A stretch of DNA of 55,725 nt, filler included, from Stramenopiles sp. TOSAG23-2 (GCA_900128395.1; 3 parts of 3 records of this genome joined end to end with filler, not necessarily neighbours in it), one strand, 5' to 3'; positions 8,897-22,544 are shown, numbered from the whole stretch's first letter. The notes: generated from the letters alone by a model not told the origin. Translations and numbers: made by a program.

Positions 8897-10990
8897 TTAA
8901 TATTCTTTTATATGTATATATATATATATATCCTCTGCAAGTCTTTTTTTCTTTTCATCAGTTACAGTAGCATTTTCATCTGGAAATTTCTCAGGCATGT
9001 TTCTCCACCAAAATTTTGGTGCAACATCATTACGCTCAATCATTTTCGCTTTATCTTTTGCAGCAGCGTCAATGTTAATTTTATATGCATTACGCTGTTC
9101 TTTTTTTAAACCAACGATATGTTTCACGCCTTCAACAGCAACAATAGCATTTGGTTTGAAAAATTGTTTGATTTTATCACCTTCTTTACCTAGTATACCA
9201 GCTGATAAGAACGAAAAAAATGCTATATCAAATAAATTCTTATATCGTTTCTTTGGTTTATTTACTAAATCAAGCATGGTCATATCCATCATAAATATTT
9301 TTGCACCTGATAATACTTCCATAATTTTCACAGCACGTTCAATAGCTGCACGTTCTTCAAATTCACGCCTTTGTTTTTCCATTTCAGTCTCTACTCGAAC
9401 TTCTTCTTCTTCTTTCTCTTCTACCTTTTCTACTACAGGTGGTTTCATTGGTTTATTGGTAACTTGTGGTGCAGGTGGTGCATTGTTGTCCTGCTCTGCA
9501 ACTGGCTTCTCTTCTTCCACAACTTCCATTTCATTTTCTTCATCATCCTCATCATCATCGGAATCATATTTACCATCACCTTGTGCTAATTGTTCTTCCA
9601 ATGATAACTCTTTCTTTTTCATTTTTTTCACAGCTGGTGTATCGATAGATTGTATTGGAGCTTCCTCGACTATTTCTTCACCTTTTTGTTCATCATCTTT
9701 TATCACTACTACATCTTCCGTTTGTTTCACTAAATTTGGCATTTCACCATCATCATTTTCTGCTTCTTTTGGATTCTCCTTCTTTGTATCATATACTTCT
9801 GTTGGTGTAATTTCAGATTGTTTATCTCCATCTACTTGATCTGCTTCATCGTTTTCATCTTCTTGTGCTGTTGGTTCATCTCCATTAATTTCTTTATCCG
9901 CCGATGTTGTTTCATTTCCACCTAAACCACTGTAAACTTCATGTTTTTTCTTCATTTTATAAATACAACCTGATTCAATTTCATATAGATATGATAGTAT
10001 ATTATGCACGGCAACTTCAACGGCATGATGGCGATGTTGCTCACTTCCAGAATCTTTATTGTAAATTTCAAATAATCCTTCGGCATTTTTATTTGGCATT
10101 TCTGAATCTATGCCAAATCCAATGAATGGACTTGTCACGATATCACACCAAAAACCACGTCGTAAATGGCTTAATCCACGTTCTTTACCTTCCGCATAAC
10201 TTGCCATGGTCCTGTTTGATTTGTTATATACTTGATCACCAAATTCATATGCTATACCACTTTGTCTCCATTCTCGATATTGTTTGATATGTATGACACT
10301 TGACAACGGGCGTACAATTTCTTGATAATCCCAATCAATGACGTTTCTACGGAAATCATACCGATCTTTGTATAACGCACGTAAGCGCTTATCACGCAAT
10401 TCTACCGTTTCAAATGGTATTTTATCATTCCAAGTTTGAAATACTTTTTGCAATTCATCGCGTGTTTTGTATTTTAATAAACTGAAATCAAATAAATCAT
10501 CCATACCACTTTCACCTTCACCATCACACAACAATTTTTCAAGTTCCTTTGATATTGTAGTGATGTATTGCTCCGTTCGTCGTTGCACCGTTGCGTTGCC
10601 ATATACTTCTAAAAATACATTGGTACGATAACGTATTGGTAGTTCCCAATCAGCTAAAATGCGAAATAATATTAAATGTCTAGCAAAACATTCAACGGTT
10701 TGTTCAGATATATAAAAATGTACTGGTCGTTTTGGATGTCTACGCCTTTGTGCCAATGTTTTGATAACATGACGCATATCCCCAGGTTGTGCTAACAACA
10801 CATTCAATGGTTCCTCCGTAGCATTTTTCTTCTTCTTTTCCTTTATTTTTTTCTTCTGTCCTTTTGTTAACGTAGCATTGCTATCACTAGTTGTTGATAT
10901 ACCATTTGCTTTATTATATACATCAATACAATCAAATGGTGGTGTGACACCCCACATGGATGATACACCCATTCCTTCACTAAATGACAT
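8897..10990 (-). CDS. DNAAF3: Dynein axonemal assembly factor 3 (PF22 family)
   Basis: N-terminal GMGVSSMWGVTP, GDMRHVIKT, E.FARHLIL, FLEVYGN, RD.RLR..Y..RYD.R...DWDY, RGFWCDIVTSPFIGFGI. First ATG is at 10990; long acidic insert. Confidence 0.88.
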   Translation of the reverse strand: MSFSEGMGVSSMWGVTPPFDCIDVYNKANGISTTSDSNATLTKGQKKKIKEKKKKNATEEPLNVLLAQPGDMRHVIKTLAQRRRHPKRPVHFYISEQTVECFARHLILFRILADWELPIRYRTNVFLEVYGNATVQRRTEQYITTISKELEKLLCDGEGESGMDDLFDFSLLKYKTRDELQKVFQTWNDKIPFETVELRDKRLRALYKDRYDFRRNVIDWDYQEIVRPLSSVIHIKQYREWRQSGIAYEFGDQVYNKSNRTMASYAEGKERGLSHLRRGFWCDIVTSPFIGFGIDSEMPNKNAEGLFEIYNKDSGSEQHRHHAVEVAVHNILSYLYEIESGCIYKMKKKHEVYSGLGGNETTSADKEINGDEPTAQEDENDEADQVDGDKQSEITPTEVYDTKKENPKEAENDDGEMPNLVKQTEDVVVIKDDEQKGEEIVEEAPIQSIDTPAVKKMKKKELSLEEQLAQGDGKYDSDDDEDDEENEMEVVEEEKPVAEQDNNAPPAPQVTNKPMKPPVVEKVEEKEEEEVRVETEMEKQRREFEERAAIERAVKIMEVLSGAKIFMMDMTMLDLVNKPKKRYKNLFDIAFFSFLSAGILGKEGDKIKQFFKPNAIVAVEGVKHIVGLKKEQRNAYKINIDAAAKDKAKMIERNDVAPKFWWRNMPEKFPDENATVTDEKKKRLAEDIYIYIHIKEY

Positions 10991-11986
10991 ACTACTTGTT
11001 TTTTCGGTTCTATTAAAAAAAAACAAAAACAAAAAAAAAATAATGTTGTATTATTGATATCTATATATCTATATATATTTAGTAATACGTCTTTCCCTGT
11101 TTCTGATTTTCAATTTGTATTTTCTATTTCTTCAAATTGTTTTCTATCCAATAGTATTTGTATTTATAATATTGAAATAGTCAAAATTCGAAATTGTAAA
11201 GAAGGTGGTGGTGTGGTGATGTTTTGAAAGTCGGTTTTAATGATCAAAATCATTAAAATATCAGATAAGTATGTAATATATCCGTAGAGGCACAAACATT
11301 TATGTTGTTGATTTATACATTATATGCAATTATATAATATCGAATATAGTAAAATAAAAATATACATATTTTATCCACTTATCATCTATCAAGTTTATCC
11401 CATCGAATTGGCAATAATTTGTAAATTTCAGTTGTTTTTCCACGACAAAAATTCCAATTGAAATATATATATTTTTTTTAACCACAACCATTTATAAATC
11501 ATTTACTATTTCTACTATATATAGAATATCGATTGAATACAATACTATAAAAACCCATTTCTTCGATTATTATTATTACATATATGTAAATATCCATATA
11601 ACCACATCACGTATGAATAAAATGAACACGATAAATTTTGAAAACTTTTTTGCACGAGAGGTGAAAAAACCAGTGGAATATCATAGGACCATGATCATGG
11701 TATTTGTACTGATAGTATACGAACGGAATCATTTTTCAAAAAAGATTTCTTCACAACAGCAGCACAGCATAGAATAATCACACCAATACAATTGAAATGG
11801 TGATTTTATTGAATTTAATGGTTATGAATTTGAATTAGTACTAAATATTGTTTGAATACTTTTGTATGTATCATCCTGGATAACAACAGAATATTTGTAG
11901 AGAACAAGAAAACAAAATAGTTATCACAGAAAAGAGATCGTATACCATCTAATATAATAATAATTGTAGTGTATAATATAATATAA

Positions 11987-13417
<1,431 letters not shown>

Positions 13418-13965
13418 GTGATGTATACGTATATATATATATGTATCACATGATATATATATTTTCTATAAACATGTATATGTGTATAGGCGTTGGAGAG
13501 AATGAGACGTGTGTGTGAGGCGAGTATAAAACAACCATAAAACGTGTTCTAAAATGATTTATTTTTCAAAGAGAAGGCGTCCTGTTATATAATTGTATCT
13601 ATCCAATTTTTTACTTTATTTATTCTTCTCCCTATATATAGGAGTTAATTTGTTGTTGATCACGTGTAGAAAAAATATATAATTTCAATAGACTAATATT
13701 ATTGATATATATATCTATCTCTATTATTTTTTTTCTATTGCCAGTAGTGGTGATGGTGTTGTAATAAATAAATTCAATATAATAATAAAAGAACAACTAT
13801 ATTATTCGAATAATAGCTAATAACGGTTGATAGAAAGGAAGAAAACTAAAAAAATGAAACTGAGTATGTATGAAAAGAAATAATATTGTATCATCTAAAA
13901 GAAATCGTGTCATTGATTAAAATAGCCCATTACGTCGTCCTCCTCGTCCTCATATTCATACATCA

Positions 13966-15135
13966 ATGTCGTTGTTTGCACCATCACCACGTGAAAAAAA
14001 TAGAAAGAAACATAATGATAAACATTTTAATAATAAGCAAATTTCAGATGGAGTTTTATATGAAGAAGATGAAAGAGGATCAAATTACTTTTTAAGTTTT
14101 TTAAAACCAAGAGGTATATATGTAAAAGAGAGACGTATTGAAAAGTTATATGGGTTTATACGCACTGGAATCACATTGTCAAGTTTGGTATGGTCTGCAA
14201 ATAATTATGGATTTTTTTCCATCGTTACAATAATTATATTTGTAGTTCTACTTGCATTAATATTACCCAATGAACATGTAAAACATAATAATAATGATAA
14301 TAATAATTCTAATAGAATAACAATAAATGATACTGATAATGGATATATTTACAATCCTGCTGATTCCTATGATGATAATGGTGATGGAGACAAAGTAAGC
14401 AATCACCTTTTATTGCCAAAATCGAAACATATTCTTCCATGGCATAGCGTGATACATCAAATTGGACGGCAAACATTATTAAATGAATTCAAAGTCTTAT
14501 GTTCAGGTACTTCATGGCAAAACGAAGTACGCAATGGTCTTGTAGAAATTTTCAAAACTGGTAAAACAAAAATAAATGGTGAATATCATGAGCCACTTCT
14601 TACGCGATCCGATATGGATTGTATTGGAAAACGTTGTAAAGGAATAATTCGTAGAATAATACGACAATCTCCATGTAGTGAACGTCTTAGACAACAATAT
14701 TTAAATGAGATGGAAACATCTAAATATTTTACATGGTTACTTGATAATGGTGGACTAGGTTCTTATATTGAATTATTACCATATTCACTTGAAAATCCAG
14801 ATGATGTATTTGCTGGAGTGAATATATTAAAACCGGAACCATATTTACATAAACCTATTACATTTAGAATATGGACATTGAAAATATTTGCATGCCATGT
14901 AATAAAACGATATTTAAAGATATTAAAGAAATATCCTATTTATGATTCATTATGTGTCATTTGTAAAGAAAAAAAAGTATCGATGAGTTTTATTGGTTGT
15001 AATCATACGATTTTATGCGGACAATGTGGGCGTGAAGTATATTATTCAGAAGAAAAATGGGGAAATCAAAAATGTCCTCTTTGTCGACGTGGTATATTGG
15101 GATTAACAGATGAAAGTTTAGAAAGGGTAAGGTAG
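13966..15135 (+). CDS. Membrane-anchored RING-HC finger protein (putative E3 ubiquitin ligase)
   Basis: Hydrophobic segment near the N-terminus; C-terminal CVIC...GCNHTILCGQC...KCPLCR C3HC4 RING. Confidence 0.8.
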   Translation: MSLFAPSPREKNRKKHNDKHFNNKQISDGVLYEEDERGSNYFLSFLKPRGIYVKERRIEKLYGFIRTGITLSSLVWSANNYGFFSIVTIIIFVVLLALILPNEHVKHNNNDNNNSNRITINDTDNGYIYNPADSYDDNGDGDKVSNHLLLPKSKHILPWHSVIHQIGRQTLLNEFKVLCSGTSWQNEVRNGLVEIFKTGKTKINGEYHEPLLTRSDMDCIGKRCKGIIRRIIRQSPCSERLRQQYLNEMETSKYFTWLLDNGGLGSYIELLPYSLENPDDVFAGVNILKPEPYLHKPITFRIWTLKIFACHVIKRYLKILKKYPIYDSLCVICKEKKVSMSFIGCNHTILCGQCGREVYYSEEKWGNQKCPLCRRGILGLTDESLERVR

Positions 15136-15496
15136 AGAGTGTACGGTGTGTTACAATATGATATAAATGAAGAGTGTACATGATTGTAAATTATATGGAA
15201 CATGAAGAAATCATAATTTTCGTCTTTTTAAATACAGAGACACATGCAAATGTGTGTAAATTTGTATCACTCTTTTAAAAAAAATAATTTCTATACACGC
15301 TCCTTATGAAAACCCTATATACAAACATTTAAAAAATATCTGTCATTTTCCAATTGCTTTTGTATGATGTACAAAATATCTATCTGTAAGATACGAACAC
15401 TTTTAACCCTTTACAACGAAAAGATTATATCAAATGTATTTTAACCAATCATTACACCAAATAGAAAAATAAATGTACATATAATGACGAGGAAAT

Positions 15497-17166
15497 TTAC
15501 AATCCACTTTTAAGTTTCTTCACGTATAGACTTTTGACATCAACAAATTCTTTCAAACCAATTGCACCGCCACCTTCACGGCCAATACCACTTCCTTTTA
15601 CACCACCGAATGGTGCATTTTCGTTTCCGGCTAAATGTTGATTTACCCAACTCATGCCAGATTCAAGCTGTACAGCAACTTCAGCTGCTTTCTCTGCATC
15701 TGGACCCCATACGGAACCACCTAAACCATATTCAGAGTTATTTGCACGTTCCAATGCTTCATCCACATCTTTGTATTTCAAAATTGGCAATGCTAAACCA
15801 AATTGTTCTTCTTTAACAAGACGATCTTCGTCAGTCAAATCAGCAACAATGGTTGGTTTGAAGAAGTAACCACCTTCCTTGCCTGGTACGGTAGCTTTGC
15901 CACCACCAGCAACAATACGACCACCACTTTTTTTAGCATCTTCAACCAATTCGGAAATACGTTCGAATTGCATTTTATTGTTCATTGGACCATATGCAAC
16001 ACCTTCTTCTAAACCATCACCAATAGTTGCTTCACTTGCAACTTTGCCGATTTTTTGAACCATTTCTTCATATTGACTTTCATGGACAAATACACGTTTG
16101 ATTGCAACACAGGTTTGGCCAGAGTTAAACATAGCACTGCCAAAGATTTGTGGTGCAACTTCATCGAGGTTTGTTTCAGGCATAACAATTGCTGCATCGT
16201 TACCTCCTAATTCCTTTCATGGACAAATACACGTTTGATTGCAACACAGGTTTGGCCAGAGTTAAACATAGCATAACCAAAGATTTCTGGTGCAACTTCA
16301 TCAATATTAGTTTCAGGCATAACAATTGCTGCATCGTTACCTCCTAATTCCAATGTCAATTTTTTCAGTGTACCAGCTGCAGTTTGCATGATATTTTTAC
16401 CAGTTGCTGCACTACCGGTAAACGAGATATGAACAATATCTGGATGTTCAACGATCCAACGTCCAAGATCATTACCACCGGAAATAATATTCATAACACC
16501 AGGTGGAAATGCTTGAGCTGCAATTTCACCCATCATAACCGTAGTTAATGGTGTATGTGGAGATGGTTTTAATACAACCGTATTACCAGTGATTACAGCT
16601 GGGAATAATTTATTTGCTGCCATACTCATTGGGAAATTCCATGGTGTGATACCACCAACGACACCACGTGGTACGTAGTGTAATTCAACACGTCCGCGTT
16701 TATCTTCACTAACAACTTCTGGTTTTAACAAGTTTTGTTCAGATAGACCATGGCATTTACGTACAGTGGACATAACTTCACCAGTAGCAAATGCTAATGG
16801 TTTGCCTTGTTCCATTGTCAAAGCTTTTGCAAATTCTGCTTGTCGTTCTGCAAGTAAATCACCGAATTTTCTTAAACATGCAGCACGCTCTTCAAAAGAA
16901 GTTTTCTTCCATGATTTGTATGCCGTTTTTGCGGATTCAATTGCCCGTTCCAAATCAGCCTTGGATGCTTCTGGTACAGTGGTAACTGTTTAGCATAAAA
17001 TATGTGAATGTTTGATAGAGTGTTAGAGATGATATCCATTACGTATGTATATATGTATATATATATATTACTTACATGCTTTACCAGTTGCTGGGTTGAT
17101 AACATCAGCACGTGCATCACCTTCTGCATTTTGTAATTGACCATTAATTAAAATTTTAGTTGCCAT
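15497..17166 (-). CDS. Aldehyde dehydrogenase, copy A (exon 1 17166-17076, intron 17075-16986, exon 2 16985-15497, interrupted by a 137-bp tandem duplication)
   Basis: ITPWNFP, ISFTGS, LELGGND, FNSGQTCVA, EEQFG, PFGGVKGSG. Splicing GTAAGT...CAG restores GKA-F-TTVP as in the paralog; removing one copy of the duplication at 16077-16351 restores the frame. Confidence 0.9.
16077..16351. repeat. 137-bp tandem duplication with identical flanks and divergent centre
   Basis: Copies encode ETNIDEVAPEIFGYAMF and ETNLDEVAPQIFGSAMF; the duplication causes a frameshift. Confidence 0.9.
16986..17075 (-). other. 90-nt spliceosomal intron (phase 1)
   Basis: Minus strand reads GTAAGT...TGCTAAACAG; removal gives an in-frame match to the intronless paralog at 18072. 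Confidence 0.9.
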
Positions 17167-17355
17167 ATTTGGATAAATATATAAAAATACAATGATGTAT
17201 ATAATATAATGTTCTTTTAAAATTGTTTTGTATGTGCATCACCTTCTGCATTTTGTAATTGACCATTAATTAAAATTTTAGTTGCCATATTTGGATAAAT
17301 ATATAAAAATACAATGATGTATATAATATAATGTTCTTTTAAAATTGTTTTGTAT
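17112..17355. repeat. 122-bp tandem duplication covering the ALDH-A start codon and 5' region
   Basis: Direct repeat starting at 17112 and 17234. Confidence 0.9.
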
Positions 17356-17964
17356 ATGTAATTTGTTATTTTTTTGTTTCTTTTACTAGTTTGTTCTGGA
17401 TATATTGTCGTCTGGCCATTTCCATACAGCATGTATAAGATGTTCATTCTTAGTTCTTCTAGTGGTGATCAAATCAAGAATGTCACGCGCAATTAACAAT
17501 TGGTTTTACATGCTATTACATGCTAATGCACACACTGTCCAACGCAAATTAATTAAAAAATATCTTTTTTTTCTAAAAAAAGCACAAAAGTGCATGCCTT
17601 GCATGATGGTTATATACATTAGGGTTTTTTTTGATAAAACATAGTTAAATAACCCTGTAAAGAATGAAATGAGGATGATGTTTGACCTAATATTGAACAC
17701 TATTGTTGGCGTTCAATAGGGATCTGGACCAAAACCTCCTTATCCTCTCGAAAAATTATTTATTCTTTTTTTGTAAATTCATTTTACCTTTTTATTATGT
17801 ATAAAGATTCACTAGCTTATGTACTGGTGTATAGAAAAGAGAGTATTATAACCAGAGAACAAAAAAACAAATTAATACCTATACAAAAGGTTACATTTAT
17901 TTATATATAGATATATTATATTCAAAACAACGTACATTTTATAAAACAAAAGACACAAAAAAAA

Positions 17965-18156
17965 AGTAATAAAAAATGGCAGCAAACAGATTATTAATTG
18001 GCGGAAAATTAATACTTGCAGAAGGTGGTAGAGTTAGTGATGTTATCAACCCTGCTACAGAGTAATAAAAAATGGCAGCAAACAGATTATTAATTGGCGG
18101 AAAATTAATACTTGCAGAAGGTGGTAGAGTTAGTGATGTTATCAACCCTGCTACAG
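17965..18156. repeat. 96-bp tandem duplication covering the ALDH-B start
   Basis: Direct repeat starting at 17965 and 18061. Confidence 0.9.
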
Positions 18157-18635
18157 GAAAAGCATTCACGACCGTACCAGATGCATCCCGTGGTGACTTG
18201 GAAAAAGCAATTGCAGCAGCAAAGAATGCATACAAAACATGGAAGAAAACTTCGTTTGAAGAACGTGCTGCATGTTTAAAAAAATTTGCTGATACGTTGA
18301 AAGCAAGACAATCTGAGTTTGCAAAAGCATTAACCCTTGAACAAGGCAAACCTTTAGCATTTGCAAACGGTGAAGTTGGTGGTGTTATCAGAGAATGCTA
18401 CAATTTAGCAAATGAAAATTTATTAAAGCCAGAAGTTGTCAGTGAAGACAAACGCGGACGTGTTGAATTACATTATGTACCACGTGGTGTTGTTGGTGCA
18501 ATCACACCATGGAATTTCCCTATTAGTATGGCAGCAAATAAATTATTCCCATCTGTTATTACTGGTAATACGGTTGTCATCAAACCTTCACCACATACAC
18601 CATTAACTACGGTTATGATGGGTGAAATTGCAGCT
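18072..18635 (+). CDS. Aldehyde dehydrogenase, copy B (3' truncated by the contig end)
   Basis: Highly similar to copy A (VINPATGKAFTTVP, EQGKPLAFA, ITPWNFP); no intron. Confidence 0.9.
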
Positions 18636-18735
18636 NNNNNNNNNNNNNNNNNNNNNNNNNNNNNNNNNNNNNNNNNNNNTTAATTAATTAANNNNNNNNN
18701 NNNNNNNNNNNNNNNNNNNNNNNNNNNNNNNNNNN
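18636..18735. other. Artificial contig spacer (N run + TTAATTAATTAA + N run)
   Basis: Six-frame stop linker at 18680-18691 between N runs. Confidence 0.95.
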
Positions 18736-19053
18736 ATCGTGTATAAATTCATGTATTTTTGTCTTTGATTTTACATCATATATAGTTGTTTTCTTTGCAC
18801 CATCGCCAGTTGCCAATAATCTACCATCATTTAAAAATGATACACTATATACAAAACTATCGTGTATAAATTCATGTATTTTTGTCTTTGATTTTACATC
18901 ATATATAGTTGTTTTCTTTGCACGATCGCCAGTTGCCAATAATCTACCATCATTTGAAAATGATACACTATATACAAAACTATCGTGTATAAATTCATGT
19001 ATTTTTGTCTTTGATTTTACATCATATATAGTTGTTTTCTTTGCATGTTTCAC
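18736..19053 (-). CDS. WD40-repeat protein fragment with near-identical 123-bp (41-aa) repeats; partial or pseudogene
   Basis: About 2.5 copies of KKTTIYDVKSKTKIHEFIHDSFVYSVSFxNDGRLLATGDxA; no in-frame ATG; runs into the gap. Confidence 0.7.
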
Positions 19054-19230
19054 ACGCAGCCTTAGATTTTTTTTTTTTGCATCATGTATTTATTGGAATT
19101 TTTGATGATATTTTCTTAATGCCTTGTTCATACTATTGTGTATAAATTGTATCATAAATTATTAGTATATTTTCATATTTTATAAAATTAATATATACAA
19201 TAATTGTCATTTTGGTTCTTTCGCTTCCGT

Positions 19231-19445
19231 CCTCATTCCTGCCGCCATTCCATATTCTTATTACATACTAAGTACATAAAACTATCTATCAAATACATTT
19301 GCCTGTATCTACAGCAGGTAAATACAAGGGACAGGTTTTTGCCTCATTCCTGCCGCCATTCCATATTCTTATTACATACTAAGTACATACTACTATACTA
19401 TCAAATATACCTCTACAGCAGGTAAATACAAGGGACAGGTTTTTG
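19231..19445. repeat. ~110-bp imperfect tandem duplication (identical ends, different centre)
   Basis: cctcattcctgccgcc... at 19231 and 19342. Confidence 0.85.
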
Positions 19446-19981
19446 TCCCGCTGGCCAGCCTGCCAGCCTGGGAAGGAAAAGAAAACTACAGTATTATAAA
19501 CAACAAACAATAACAAAAACGACTAGAGCTAACCTCTGGTTACAGTATTAATAAGGAATAACCACACACAGGCCACAGGCCACAGGCTATAATATAAATA
19601 ACGACGACGACTAAAAAAATTCGAAAACTGCTGTTGGTAGTCCAGTAGTCCAGCCTGGCCAGGTACTGTAATAGCCAAGTATGAGAAGAAAAAAAAATAA
19701 TAATAAATAAAAAAAAAAGAACAAGGGTATGTCATAAAGGTATACGTTATTAGAATAATCTAGATATATCTATCTGTCGATAATAGCGAGTCAAATGGTT
19801 TTGTAAGCTTATATAATTGAAAAATAGGAAAAAAATTCATTATTATATACGCACGCGCACCATTGACCCTTTTTTTTTGTCTTTGCGTGGGATATTGTTT
19901 GGATCATATATATACTTACCGGATAAACGAGTGCGTAGAAACTTTTGGAAGTTTGAAGAAGTTCACTGGACTTATTCTAAA

Positions 19982-21880
19982 ATGTTATTAAAGGTGTTTT
20001 TCACAATAATACCATTCATTTTAATTACATATTGCAGCATATTATCACAAGCGAAAATAATACATGGTACCATAAATACAGCCGACTCGTTTTATTATAT
20101 AGGATCTTTTGTTTTCAATCAAAATACAACTAATGGCGCCGGCAATTTTGGTGTTTCTATTACACATCACAAAGACATTGACTATGGCATGGCAGTATAT
20201 TATTACCAAAAATATATGACAGATATACGTGATTCAAAGGCAAATTGCCTTCAAAGAATCCATTTAAGTTGGGGGAAGACATCGATGAATTATTTCACAA
20301 CAAGTGAATTTAAACACAGGCCAGTAGACGAGCAGGTGTTAAAAGACAACCCAGAATACAAGGATATGAACATGGTAACTTCATATATTTCGCTCGATTT
20401 TAACATAAATCACCCACGTTGGTTTTATGTTGCATTAACAAATTGTGCATATGATAAAAATTATTATAAAAATTTGCATCGAATAAAGTACATGGGGAAC
20501 AAAAAAGACGAAGAGTATTTTAGAAGTAACACAAGCTCAATTTATAAAAACTTAGGAAACATAACTTTAAAACCGAATCAAGGTCCGATTTACGCCACGT
20601 TTAACTTCACATTCACAAATGGAAATGCCATGCGGAGTAGACACTTTTCATTTAATGAATTTGATGACTTATTAATTGCAATTACTTTTTTTATCATTTA
20701 TTTAATATTATTTGCTACTTATTTATGTATGAAAAAAAAGGCACCAAATAGATCAACAAGCGGTAATGGATCAAGCGGTGGTGCGAACACGATAAATGAT
20801 AGTTATGGATATGGACTAGTAAGTCAGCATAAAACGGTGACCCTTCTCGGAATATCTGTATTATTACAGTTAATTGGCAATTTTATAGATGTAATACGTT
20901 TAAATGACTATAGCGATACAGGTATACAAGACGAGACCTTTCGTTATTTCGAAGCTGTCAGCTTAGGGTTTCATCATATGTCAGATGTTGTATTTGTATT
21001 AGATATACTGTTAATTGCAAAAGGATGGACGGTAATACGACGTAAGATAAGTGCAAATGGTCGAGTTAAATTAGCCATAGCGATGACAACGTATACTATT
21101 TGTGGCATCTTTGCGATAAATATTTATCAAAATTTAAAAGATGAAGACCGTATCGATCAAAGTTCACTATATTCCTCTGATGCTGGTTATGTCATAGTTA
21201 TCCTTCGTTGTTTAATCTTTTGTTGGTATATGCGTTCAGCATACACAACATTTACTAAGCCATCCTTTAAACGGAAAAAGAGATTTTATTTTTACTTTTT
21301 TATTGCATCTATCTGTTACCTGATAATTGTACCATTGGTATTTGTAATAACAGATAGTTCGCAATTATATAATCGTACTAAACATAGTAATTGGGCAAGT
21401 AATATTTTAATCACATTAGGTCATATGTCATTTTTATATTTATTTTGGCCATCTAATTATAATAGTTATTTTCCATTTGCATTTGAAACAAAAGAGCAAG
21501 AGATGGCACGTATGGATGCATTTAAAAGACAGTCAGAGACTTTGTTCAATAGACAAGCTGGAGCTACTATTAGTAATGGCAATAATCCAGAAAATAATAT
21601 AAATGGTGTTGAAAATGGTTTTGGACCTCAATATAATACTACTACTACTAATAATAATAATTCTACGAAAAATATTCGAAAAAGAAGTAGTCACCGAGTG
21701 TCACGCGCATCTATTAGTGGTGGTAGCCAAAATGTATCGCCACGTGCAAATATAACAAGTTTAAGTCAAAGTTTAAAAAGCAAAATCAAAGTAATATATG
21801 ATTATAGTGAAGATTTGGATGAAGCAATTTCATTATTTTTTGATGAGGAGGAAGATATAAATATGCATCAGAAAGAATGA
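19982..21880 (+). CDS. TMEM145: TMEM145/GPR180-family seven-transmembrane protein
   Basis: Signal peptide after the ATG at 19982; luminal PRWFYVALTNC and FTNG...HFS; LLIAKGWTVIRRKIS..G.VKL, YSSDAGY, PS.YN..FPF match TMEM145 as I recall it. Confidence 0.8.
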   Translation: MLLKVFFTIIPFILITYCSILSQAKIIHGTINTADSFYYIGSFVFNQNTTNGAGNFGVSITHHKDIDYGMAVYYYQKYMTDIRDSKANCLQRIHLSWGKTSMNYFTTSEFKHRPVDEQVLKDNPEYKDMNMVTSYISLDFNINHPRWFYVALTNCAYDKNYYKNLHRIKYMGNKKDEEYFRSNTSSIYKNLGNITLKPNQGPIYATFNFTFTNGNAMRSRHFSFNEFDDLLIAITFFIIYLILFATYLCMKKKAPNRSTSGNGSSGGANTINDSYGYGLVSQHKTVTLLGISVLLQLIGNFIDVIRLNDYSDTGIQDETFRYFEAVSLGFHHMSDVVFVLDILLIAKGWTVIRRKISANGRVKLAIAMTTYTICGIFAINIYQNLKDEDRIDQSSLYSSDAGYVIVILRCLIFCWYMRSAYTTFTKPSFKRKKRFYFYFFIASICYLIIVPLVFVITDSSQLYNRTKHSNWASNILITLGHMSFLYLFWPSNYNSYFPFAFETKEQEMARMDAFKRQSETLFNRQAGATISNGNNPENNINGVENGFGPQYNTTTTNNNNSTKNIRKRSSHRVSRASISGGSQNVSPRANITSLSQSLKSKIKVIYDYSEDLDEAISLFFDEEEDINMHQKE

Positions 21881-22310
21881 TTTTGAACAGGGGGTTATAT
21901 TTTGCTTCTATCAAAAATTTTGAAATTTTAAAAACAACAAAAGGCTGAGCAAGCCTGGCAAGCCAATTCTGTGGCACCTCTATGCACGTGTTAGTTTTAT
22001 AATACAGAGTATTTTCTTTAATAATATTAATACTAAATTGATATCATACGTAACATTAATAATATCCTTTATTTTTTTATTTATTAAAATATCATTTTAG
22101 TATGCCAGTATGCTGGTATGCATAATTTTTCGATATTAAAATTAATCTCCCTGCTATATACTATCAGGTGTTATATAATATACTTGATAGTAATATAAAT
22201 ATTATAGCTCTAGTTATAATATTTTATTATATTAAACACTATCAACTATCATATAAACGTTAAATACTATACCAAGCTAGGTCCTGTGGCTAGCCAGCTG
22301 GCCAGCTATA

Positions 22311-22544
22311 CAGTAACTTGCAAAAAAGATCATCCACGAAAACCGGCGGTGCCCCCCCCACACGCACGCACACGCACACGCATTTTTACATTTTTTTACT
22401 TTTTTCATTAAAATAACATAAAAATCAATAAAATATATATAATATATATAGATACAATAGATATATAGATACATAGATACATATATTTATATTTATATCA
22501 CATCGTATTTAGAAAAACGTAGTTGGATGGAACGAAGGGATATC
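22311..22544 (+). repeat. Left terminal inverted repeat (234 bp)
   Basis: Reverse complement of 24203-24440, differing only by small indels in the poly-C and AT tracts. Confidence 0.95.

Noticed and set aside
8997-9839. 280-aa plus-strand ORF and similar S/F-rich antisense ORFs (e.g. 12181-12624, 36233-36937, 46979-47677)
   Set aside because: Antisense shadows of E/K-rich or well-supported real genes; no independent motifs.
18680-18691. TTAATTAATTAA palindrome (also at 37370-37381)
   Set aside because: Artificial six-frame-stop linker between contigs, not biological.
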